The notes under the pieces were generated by a model that was not told where the DNA came from, did no database searches, and saw only the letters and a list, made by a program, of their open reading frames with translations. A stretch of DNA of 42,948 nt, taken from contig RBNJ01000083.1 of the NCBI GenBank assembly GCA_003990765.1, forward strand, positions 1 through 42,948. Direction: 5' to 3'. Source of the DNA: Jimgerdemannia flammicorona (taxonomy: Eukaryota). The position numbers were made by a program, and so were the translations under genes. Of the stretch, positions 13,326 through 23,107 are shown in pieces (the first letter of the stretch is position 1; the number at the start of each line of letters is the position of its first letter).

Positions 13326-14138
13326 ATGACTCTTCTTTCTGTCCATCAAGCATCTAAACATCTCGGAGTCTCCTCCAGGACATTTCGTTGCTGGCACGCT
13401 CAAAGCCATTGAGGATGTCCTTCCCACGTCTTCCACCCAAACCTCCATCCAATTACACTTCACCCGACCTCTGGATCAGCCTGTGGCTATACCTATGTGC
13501 ATGTTTCAAGCCCAAAACAGCAGCAGGACCTCAAATGACAAAAATGGCACCTCCAGCAGCTCTACCCATCTTATTGCATTATTATCAATGTCACCAGTGG
13601 CATCAATTTTAAAAGACCTGGTCTTAAAATCTTATTGAAACTCTCATGTCAAGGGTTGCTAACAGAGGTAATACTTATCTTCTACTACTTACACACCTGT
13701 ATGAATATAATATTCATATCTCTTTCAACTTGATAGATCATGGTTGTCCACCATGACTGACTTTGTCACTTTACCTATAATCTCCTCAAACACATCTTCA
13801 TCCTCAATAGCACCAAGGTCATTATGGTTTATGCAGAGGATGACACATCGAACTCTGTAGCTCAAGAACTATCTGAGGACATTCTTGCAATCAATACTAT
13901 CTTCATCTACTAGATACAAGATTGAAGAGTAGTAAAAAACTGATAGTACTACAGGGACTAGCAGTAACAGCAAGGACAAGAGGAAGGTCAGGATAAGTCT
14001 GGTGTTTGTGAGGAAGAAGGACAACATATACAGTTTAATGAGAGTGATGAAGAGTAAGATATAGAGAGGTAGTAGATAGATTGTATTAAGCAAACTGAGT
14101 TGTGCAATAGTTATGAAAACTCAAGTTTTCATCATTGA
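13326..14138 (+). pseudogene. tnpA: IS607-family serine recombinase (TnpA) relic 1 with an intron at 13668-13736; 3' end approximate
   Basis: One frame reads MTLLSVHQASKHLGVSSRTFRCW (MerR-type HTH)...GYTYVHVSSPKQQQDLK*Q (cf. YARVSS.KQ..DL.RQ)...SGINFKRPGLKILL...GLLTE|IMVVHHD*LCHF (cf. VVAHRDRLCRF)...QELSEDILAINTIFI; stops arise mostly from transitions. Confidence 0.85.
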
Positions 14139-14546
14139 TTAGATTCAATCTACTGTTTTTATTAGCTCTGATATAACATGTTATAGACAAGTCCAGAAAA
14201 ATAGACAAATGAATTATATATACTCAGAACTGTATATTGTTCTTCTTCTTGACTGAGTTAAATAAGGATGCTTTTCTGTATAATTTTATATATATGTCTT
14301 ATATGTTTCTATATACAATTTTGCATTATGTCATACTATTTTCAATATAAATAATTAAAATTATAAGCTCTATACAAATTAACTATATCTCCTGAGGCCA
14401 GAATCCTAACACCCCAAGGACAATCCTTTTTCTCAACTCTTCTCTCCTATGAATCTATCTACTGATAAGGTCTTCATGATCATAATATCTTCTTACAATC
14501 TAGCTCCACCTCTACCTCTATCTCTATCTCTACCTCCACCTCCACC

Positions 14547-14957
14547 TAGTACTCTCAAATGAGTCAAATCAATTCGAATCGAATCGAATTGAGGGTTAAA
14601 CAAATCGAATCGAATTGGGGATTTTTCAATTTGAATCAATTTGAATCAAATCAAAAGTTGAATCAAATTGAGGGTCTAATTCAAATCCTAATTTTCAAAA
14701 TGCAATAACTCAGCATAAACTCATCCAAATCTAACATACTTTAGCTTGTTAGAATCACATTAATACGGTGAATCTAATAAGCTAAAATATGTTAAATTTG
14801 GATGAGTTTTCGTCGAGTTATTACATTTTGAAAATTAAGGTTTAAATCAAACTTACCTTTGATTCAATTTGAATCAAATCAAATTGGACCCTTGATTCGA
14901 TCAAATCGAATCAAGTTTGGGCCAAATTCAATTTGATTTGATTCATTGAGAGCACTA
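14547..14957. mobile_element. hAT-type MITE, copy 1
   Basis: TIRs TAGTACTCTCAA / TTGAGAGCACTA, 8-bp TSD CCTCCACC (14539-14546, 14958-14965), internal palindrome centred near 14763, near-identical to 39078-39460. Confidence 0.93.
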
Positions 14958-15291
14958 CCTCCACCTTCACCTCAATCTTTACTTCAATCTTAACCTCTAC
15001 CTTAACTTTAACCTCAACCTCCACCTCTATCTCTACCTCTACCTTAATCTCCACCTCTACTCCCATCTTAATCTCCAACTATAGTCCAGTCAAAGAGATA
15101 ATCAGACTTGCTATTTTTCATACACTTACTTGCCTTTTGGTATTTTTATATATTTTTACAAGTCTTGTTTAATTTATTCATATGTTTTACCTGCTATTTT
15201 TTTTTGTCTCCTGTTTAAATAATATTTTCATTCTTATATCTTTAAAAATCAACTATATTATATCTATATCAGTAACTTTAAAATAATTGAT

Positions 15292-15387
15292 TATACTAAG
15301 TTCAAGGTTTTTAAACTAAAGATAAAATGTAAAGAGCTCAGCCTAATAATCAATAGTATAAAGAAGGTATTAATTGACAGGCTATAG
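15292..15387 (+). pseudogene. SAP DNA-binding domain relic, part of a Pro-rich cargo gene spanning roughly 14400-15400
   Basis: YTKFKVFKLKIKCKELSLIINSIKKVLIDRL fits the SAP pattern L.V.ELK..CK..GL...G.K..LI.RL once transitions are reversed; (CCACCT)-like Pro-coding repeats lie upstream. Confidence 0.55.
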
Positions 15388-15639
15388 GACTTCTATAACA
15401 AAATGCTACAAACTTTATATTAAATAGTCAGTACTTCCAAAGTTTCAATATATATAGAAGGTTACTATTATTTTTTAATTTTTTAATATATATGAAATAT
15501 CAAATATGATATTACTAATCCAATTAACAGCTTATAAAAAAATAATTATTTCATTTATATACTTATATATCACTTTTTATTCTCAGTTATAAGTAAGTTT
15601 TCAGCCCAAACCAGTGGAAGAGACTCATCCTTAGAGCCT

Positions 15640-16074
15640 TACTAATACTCTTATATCAAGGAATAGTTATATAAGTGATGCTTTATAATGTTATTCTACT
15701 GTTGACATTCTTATTTAGCTATGAATATCATATTGACATCACTTTTGATTTGATGGATTGTGGTTGCCCACTAAGACCAACTTTATTACTTCATCAATAA
15801 TACTAAGATTATTATAGTATATTGAAAGGATGATATATCATCCTTTATATTTATTATCAATAAACTTACTCAGAGTATCTTCAAACAAGGATAATGACAA
15901 TGTTCAGCAGAAAACTGAAGGTGATGAAGAGAAGCAGAAGTATAAGATAGAGGTAAGGCTTACTTATGCTTGAAAGAAGTAGAAAGTAAAGAGAATAATG
16001 AAGAGTCTGAAGATACAGATCTATCTGAATATAAAGCAGAAGAAGCTGATGAAGAGATAGATAAGATATGCTAG
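15640..16074 (+). pseudogene. tnpA: IS607-family TnpA relic 2 (3' half) with an intron at 15675-15756 and an acidic tail overlapping the TnpB start
   Basis: YQGIVI*|IVVAH*DQLYYF...SAEN*R...EENNEESEDTDLSEYKAEEADEEIDKIC*-like tail; intron shares position and 3' sequence with relic 1. Confidence 0.7.
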
Positions 16075-17263
16075 ACTTATGTATAACATAGTCATTCAGG
16101 CATTTTAAGGTAAAGATCACTATACTACCTTTGCATATTTCTATACTCTGCTACATCAGTAGATCAATGATAGTATATGGGCTTTCATGACTGAAGTTTT
16201 ATATAATGTACTCAATAAGATGATGAAGAAAGTGATCCAAGCATGTGACCTCATTCAGCAGAGGAATCGAGAAGCATGAGAATCAGAATAGTGATATTAA
16301 TATTGACTCTTATTTCACTATTATAAGGAACTATATCAAATGATCACAATATGTTAGCAAAACTATTAAGAGTATCTTAAGTTCTATCCTCACATTCTTT
16401 ATATATATGTCATCACTACCAATGACCCTTCACATTCTCACTATAAGAATCTGACCACATATCCACCTCTTTATTATAAGCACTATAAGAAGAAATACAA
16501 TTAACTAAATCTAGAAAAATGGGTCAGCAATGATTTGAAGCTGATGTAGGATCAACAGTAGAGGTAATAGACCTTTATCTGGATCTATAAGAAGAATAGA
16601 GTAGTCTTCTTTAAGAACCAAGCAAAGGATCCTGATATCTATTCTCTAGATCTAAGTGTCTATACATTCCTGACATAGTACTCTTCTATCTATAGTTGTG
16701 GTAAGATAGATACAAAGAATGCACAAAGACTTGTTCACCTCTGTCTCATCCTCAATAATCTCATCTCCCAGACTGCTAAAGCCCCTACTCAAAAGCATAA
16801 TTCCATATACTGTACCCAGACTCATATATAGCAGTGAATCTGCAATCTTGTCAATGAGTACTACTGCAAGACTGTGCTCTAGCTCATCCATACCTTTGAT
16901 GTCATTATCATTCCTTCTTTCAATGATAGCCAGATAGCCATAAGGCACTATCAAAAGATCACCAGTAGGACAGTCCATTTGATGATGACATAGTCATATA
17001 GAAGGTTCAGAGAGAGGCTTTTGTCAAAGGCTGAAGAGTATAGCAAATAAGTATGTATGATCTCAGAGATATATACAAGCAAGACCTGCAATTGGTATGG
17101 GTGGATCAATCATAAGCTGGGTGGGAAGAAGGTATTCCATTGTCATGGGTGTGGCTTAAATATCAATAGAGACATCAATGGTGCATGTAGGATCTTTCTT
17201 CAGGCTTTATTGAATGATTGCATAGAAGGTAAGATATTCACATTTGACAAATTGATAATGTAA
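15998..17263 (+). pseudogene. tnpB: TnpB/Fanzor2 RNA-guided nuclease pseudogene (421 codons, single frame, multiple nonsense codons)
   Basis: MKSLKIQIYLNIKQKKLMKR*IRYARLMYN (OrfB HTH), WAFMTEVLYN, DIYSLDLSVYTFLT (RuvC-I, Asp at 16649), ICNLVNEYYCKTVL*LIHTFDVIIIP, TSRTVHLMMT*SYRRFRERLLSKA, SEIYTSKTCNWYG...FHCHGCGLNINRDINGA (zinc ribbon, RuvC-III). Confidence 0.92.
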
Positions 17264-17365
17264 GAAGGTTTTGGATGGCTTTTTGCAAGGTTGAATCTAA
17301 TGATGCCTTTATTTTTCTACATTACATAATTAGGGATCTAACGGAAAACATAGCTGCGACGACAA
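17150..17365 (+). ncRNA. Predicted omegaRNA region (scaffold to the right end at 17344, guide from 17345); 5' limit is a guess
   Basis: Position only: TnpB/Fanzor omegaRNAs overlap the ORF 3' end and element right end and take the guide from flanking DNA. No structure was confirmed. Confidence 0.35.
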
Positions 17366-17754
17366 TGGCAACAGCGCCAGGGTGGGGGGGGGGAAATGCG
17401 CGCCTGTGAGTTTGCCAGGCTTTGTTGGGTGGGACTGTCCTTAAGGGCACCAGTTGGGCGTGAACAGGCAGTGTTGGCTAGTAATGGCCAATGTTGTCTA
17501 TCAGTGTCCGACTCAATCCATCCGTATAATTGTGTCTAAAGTAGTTGACCACCATTGTTTTAGTTCCCTATAAATTGCTGTCTCGTTACCTTTATGCCAG
17601 TGCCCTTAAGGGGCGCGGTTCCCTAAAAGGCAAGCTTAGACATGGCAACCAGACCAACGGGCGCTGTTTCTTTGTTACCAGCGACCCTCTTTATCATTAC
17701 CAGACCCTTCTCCTAGTTCAACCTCCTAGCTCAACCCCCGACGCTCCTACTCTT

Positions 17755-18618
17755 ATGGATCACACGTCGATGTCCGTGACATCAACTTCAACTGCGACCG
17801 CAGCACCCGCCATGGATATGGGGAACCTAAAACCCTACTTCCACAGCGGTATGTTTTAAACTACGCCTGCTCCCTCCTGATCAGCGCCCTGACTGAACGC
17901 ACCATCCATCCCCTAAAACCAAACACAGAAACCTCTGGCCTGCACGTCCTCTTTGAAGCCTTCGAAGTGACGAGCACAGGAATCCTCATTGCGGCCTACG
18001 TGGCCGTTGCAATCTTGTGCTGGATCGAACGCGGGCTTAGTTACTACATGGACTCGATCTCATACGAGGGATACGGGATGGCCCGCGGGGCCGGCACGAG
18101 GTTCGGCAGGGTCGTGCTGAAGACCGTGTTGTATGGGATCGTGACGACGCTGCGCTTGTTTTATATGCTCGTCACGATGACTTGCCATACGGGATTGTTC
18201 ATCGTCGTGGTATGTGTGCGGAATGGTGGGGTTAGGATCTATGAAAGGATGGCGTATGTGGGGTGGTAAGATCGTCAAGCCCGATCGTAACCTCTCGCCC
18301 TCAAATCCCTCAGGTCATGGGCCTAACGACCGGCCAGCTTGTTCTCGAGTTCCTCAAATCTTCCACGTAAGTCCCTCCTCAGAACTTCATTTTTACATCC
18401 CACACGATCGCTCAATCCTTCATGTCCTCCCAATCCTAACCCCTAACCCACCACGCCATGCCAGCGCCGCGCGAAGGCCAACGATATTCTCGCAGACACA
18501 CGCAACTAGCCATGGCTCGAATCCGCTGTCGAACGTCAAGAACATTAGCGAGGGGTATAAGCGCATGAATAACGACGACGCCATGTACGAGCTCGGCGAG
18601 TCGCGGGGGCGATTGTGA
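17755..18618 (+). CDS. Ctr-family copper transporter, 4 exons: 17755-17848, 17929-18209, 18314-18366, 18465-18618
   Basis: Met/His-rich N-terminus MDHTSM...AMDM..KPYFHS, VLFEAFEV, three TM segments with MxxxM (YMLVTMT) and GLTTG. Confidence 0.85.
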
Positions 18619-19029
18619 ACGATGTGCGAATAAAGGCGTTGAAGCGGTTGTTTTTGGGAAGAATTCCGGTTATTGTCGGTAGACGAAAAAATACGCTACA
18701 CGGTAGATAGATGGTTTATCATTCTTTGTAAAATGTCTTGTTCGTCGCTCTTGGAGACCCTATGTAATATATTTGTCTAAAGTCCACTGGTAACTATCGT
18801 TCGAGAACTGGGCCCTTTATCTGTTTGCCATTGGGGAAAGCAATGTGGTGTAAAGGCACCTTTATTTTTTTTTCTTGGAAGCATCTAAAACATTAGCGAA
18901 GAGATTTTATTGTTTTGATGCTGTACAGTACAGATATTATTACAAATAGTTAATGATGTATGTCAACCACACTAATTCGCACGTCCTCTTTTTTCCCGTT
19001 CCTCAGCCTATTAATGATCCATTGATCCA

Positions 19030-21159
19030 TTAGATATGATTGTTCAACCCAACCCCAATCCCAATCCCGACTCCGGCCCCGCCCATCAATAACCCCCTCC
19101 TAACGCCCACAACGCTCAACCTCACGATCGAATCGACAACGACCCTAAGCAACTCATCGAGCAACCCGCCTCTAACAACAAGATACACGAGTAGCCAGTA
19201 CAGTAGCCCGTTAAACCTAGTGGACGCGCGCAGGTACCTCGCCAGCACGCGCTTGGTGCGATGCTCTATGCGGAACAAGGTACGCAGCAGCGCCGGGATG
19301 GTGCCCGAAGCGTGGTGACGGTGCAGGCGTGGGTCGGAGACGGCGTGCGGGATAGGGTTGTGGCGGTGTTTCGCGTGGTGGCGTGGGGAAGAGGTGTGAG
19401 GGTGGGAACCGTCGTTCTGCTGAGTGGCGAGGGTTGTCAGGCGGGTGACGAGGGAGGAAGCTGAGACGCCAATAGCTGCCGGGACGATCTCGATGGTGGA
19501 CTGGAGAGTCGTGACGGCGTGGCGAGAAGAGCGGAGCATACGGTCGAAAGAGAGGCCCGTGATGGTGGTGAGGTTGATACCTAATCCTCCCCTCGCGATT
19601 TGTTGGGGAATCGGGGTCACGCCCGTGTATGGTACTAGACGGGGGCTCGAGTACGGGGTCTGGAGCGGAGTGTAGAAAGGTGTCGGGGGTAGAAATTCGA
19701 CGGCGTCGTAATATTCCGAGAAAGAGAGAGAGGAGAGTGAATCAAGGGAGTCGGAGCGGTGGCGTGGGGCGAGGAGCGGGGAGGATAGTGGGGTGATGGG
19801 CGGGGTGGCCAAGTCCAGAGAGGAGAGGGTGGAGGAGGCGGGAATGAGGTTGACGAGGGAGGCGGGGGAGATGGTGTCGGAGGGAACGCCATAGGTCTGG
19901 AGAACCATATCCGTGGCCAGCGTGTATTCATAGTCATCCGTGCCGCCAAAATCTGGTGATAATTATGATTGTTTGTTAGGTCCTGTTGCACATCCCCGTA
20001 CATTGATCGAAGAGGTCCTCACCCTTCCCTAACTAATACTCACCAGGTAGCAGATCCTCCTTATCCACATATTGCGTCATCTCCTCCTTGGTCGGAAAAG
20101 CAACCCGGCTCCTGGCCTCCTCGTTAAGCAGTAGTTTCGTCATCTGCCAGATGCTCTGATACATCCACCCGAAATTAAGCACCAGTACCGAGCCGATGCA
20201 GGAAGGGTACCAGTTTTTGATGAGGTCGAACAGAACCTGGGGAGTCTCTGTGTCCTAAGGGAGGTGGAAAGGTATTAAATATATCAACGTTGAGTTTGTC
20301 TTGTAATTGACTGTTGATTCGACGAGCGAGTCAATTCATAATACGAACGAATAAATGAACTTTTTGACCATCCAGAAAAGAAAATAAAAATCCTCATACC
20401 ACAGCCAAGAATCCCGCGGTTTTCAAATCCACCAGTAGTATGAATTGCATGACCAATGGCTCTGGATCCCCCCGGCGCTCGCGCTCTCTCGTCAGATCCC
20501 ACGTCAACTTCCGCACCATTTCCAGGACCAACATGGCGAATCGTCTGATTCTTTGCGCCTGGCTTACGCACTTACCGTCCTCTTCCTCCTCCTCATGTTC
20601 ATCATCCGCGTCGGTGGGCACTGGAGTCCTGTTGAATTTGGGCAGGTACTGTAGGTTGAGCAAAGCGATGGGCCGCTGCAGGCGATCGGTCTTGTGGAAG
20701 AAGAAAAGGGGAGAGGAAAAGAACTCGCGCGGGAGGTTGCGGTAGTAGAGGGAATCGATGTTGTTCTCGATTCGCCAGCGTACGGTCGAAAGCATGGAAC
20801 TTTGGGCGGTGGGGAGAGAGTATCGCGCCCGCTTGAGGTACCGGAAGAGTGTGACTAAGGGAGGGTAGTGGGTGGTAGAAATCCCGAACCGGATTAGATG
20901 AGTGCTGGCCTGCTAGATTGGATTTGGGCCGGGACAAGGGTGGTGACAACGATGGCGACAAAGTCCCACCACGCGAGGGTCTCGTACCTCTGTCGGAGAC
21001 GTAATCATAGCACTTCGATATTGCAGTGGGGTCGAGCTCCAGCTCGGCGCATAGGTTCGGAAGCTCCCTCTTGAGGGCGGTGGATAGCTTGTCGATGTCG
21101 TCCTTGTGGTGCTTGAAAAGGCGGTTGTACTCGGACAGCTTTTGCTTCTGATACTCCAT
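19030..21159 (-). CDS. CRAL-TRIO (Sec14-like) lipid-binding protein with a Ser/Pro-rich, hydrophobic C-terminal region; 4 exons
   Basis: Exons 21159-20988, 20854-20400, 20254-20044, 19952-19030: TLFRYLKRARYS...WR, KTDRLQRPIALL, QFILLVDLK, WYPSCIGSVLVLNFGWMYQSIWQ...RSRVAF...LLPDFGG. Confidence 0.88.
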
Positions 21160-21285
21160 GGTAGTGGAAAGGAAGGAGGGGGGGAGGGAGGGCGGAAGAA
21201 GGGTTTTCCTTGGTCCGTTTCACGTGTGATTCGAATGTGCATATCATGTGACTGTACTGATCGCTGTATCTTCTCTCCAAGAGCC

Positions 21286-22330
21286 ATGCACCACCACCAC
21301 CACCACCACCAACAACCCTCTTCCTCTCACCCTCACCCAGTCCCAGTCTTCGTCGCATTTCTGGAATATGACTTCGACCAAGACTCACGCTTCCAGGTTG
21401 CTCCTCCCCTCAACCCCCCCCCCTCGTCTCACCCATCACCCCACCCTTCTAACACCAGGCTCCAATCCTCGTTGTGCAGGCAGGCCTTCCTTCACTCATG
21501 GCCCCACATGCCGAGAAGGAGCCAAAGGAACGGGACGAGTATCTAGAACGCGCCAAGTGCTTCTACTATTCGAGGTATGCTTTTGGGCCGTGTGCCTTCG
21601 TGTTTGTTTAATGCACGGGCTATGTACATGACCGTATCTGATATGGTGTCCTTGCAGATTCGTCCAGCCCATTGATTACAATGAGCTTGTGGCCTGGAGA
21701 AACAAGGGTAGCCAAGTCGGTGGACTGGCTGAATCCGAATCATCACAACAGCAGAATCGGCTAGAAGCCATCACAACGTCGTCCGATCCCAGATCATCGC
21801 CTGTTGTTTCCGCAGGTGAGCACTCAATTAAGATCTCGGGTACGTTTCCGCGTTGGTCATCTCGTTCTCACTGTCGTGGGCTGTTCAGATGACTCTGCCA
21901 AGGATAATGCGACCGCCACCAACCCACCAGCTGCCGGTGTCAAGCTCTCATTCGACCAACTGGTTGAGATGATCAACAAGGGTGAGACGATTCCAGGTAT
22001 GGAGCATGTATTTCTTTATGTTCTAGCCATCACTTTTCTGAGGTGCACGTTCGGGGGATTCGGAGGAGGACCGTATGCACACACACGTAACCAAACGAAC
22101 TCGTATCTTTTCATCCCCCCCACCCACAAATCATTCCTCCCCAAATAAACTCAACCCCTGCCATCCTGCCGTATCGCTTCTCAACCGCTCCTCCGGTAGG
22201 CATCAAGCAAATCCCCAATAAGCTCAACGAAGGGACTCCCAGCGTTCCGAGTCAGGCGCGGCGGCCGAAGCCGTGGGAGGTCAAGAAGGAGGGGGATCTG
22301 ATGGACGTTGAAGAAAGCCAGCTGAATTGA
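21286..22330 (+). CDS. PEX39: PEX39-like (DUF5572) peroxisomal PTS2 import factor, 5 exons
   Basis: FLEYDFDQDSRFQAGL...LERAKCFYYSRF..IDYNE; LSFDQLVEMINKGETIPGIKQIPNKLNE; terminal RPKPWE motif. Confidence 0.85.
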
Positions 22331-23107
22331 GGATTTGGGATCTACCGTCTTTTCTTTTTCTTCGGTTGTCTCTTCACGTTCAATACACGCGCCCCATCTT
22401 CTCGCACAACGATATACTTGGTCTTTGAAAATTGGCCACCGGGTTTATCGTTGGTTTTGCGGGTTGGCAAGGGTGGCTCTAAAGACCCTCTCCATTAATG
22501 CCAACGCGGACTCCCTTCATTACCTCCGGCTGTCACGAATCTGGTGGTAGTAATGACAATTGTCCAGAACGAAACACACGAGCCTCTTCTATGCAGTACT
22601 TTCGACGCGGACGCGATGCTAAAATGAAATTCCACAGGATGTATTTACATACATGTGATGGGCCCTTGTTCCTTACAGGAAACACCTCTGTTGTGAACTT
22701 TCTCGACAACAGTGACAAACTGAAGAGGTACCTCGATGCGCTCAGATTGTCGAACGTTCCGTTCAGCTGTTTCTCCGATGTCTTCGCAACCGTGTATAAG
22801 GCACAGATGACCGAGTTGACATCACAAATATGTCAAGTATACTTTTCTTTTTCCCCACGAAATCTATGTTCTCTTCAATGAAGAGGGGGTTAGGCGCGAG
22901 TCTAATGTCTGTAGAATGAAGCTTTTAAATTAGCCTACGTCTACACCTTTCCACAGCTGGTACCCCGTAACCATCCACTCCTCCGATGAGCATACAACAT
23001 GGTAAACGTACAATCCCAATTTTATATATATTACCCAAAGTCCGTCATGTATTTTCTCCCCCTACGTCACATCATAAGCCGTCAAATTTACAAGCTCCCC
23101 CCCAGTT

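Larger units (their letters stand above)
13199..17344 (+). mobile_element. Decayed composite IS607-like (serine recombinase + TnpB/Fanzor2) element
   Basis: Sharp AT-rich, CpG-poor block bounded by CTAACGG at 13192-13198 and 17338-17344; contains two TnpA relics and a TnpB/Fanzor2 relic in IS607 order. Confidence 0.8.

Noticed and set aside
13199-17344. IStron (group I intron-IS607 chimera) or bacterial contamination
   Set aside because: The element is intergenic, no group I core is recognisable, and it shares the host mutation signature, a spliceosomal-type intron and a nested host MITE.
18436-18449. CCTAACCCCTAACC telomere-like repeat
   Set aside because: Only two units, located at the branch-point position of a Ctr intron.
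22498-22881. 127-aa ORF between PEX39-like and APM1
   Set aside because: No recognisable motif or clear gene structure; a gene relic cannot be excluded but is unsupported.
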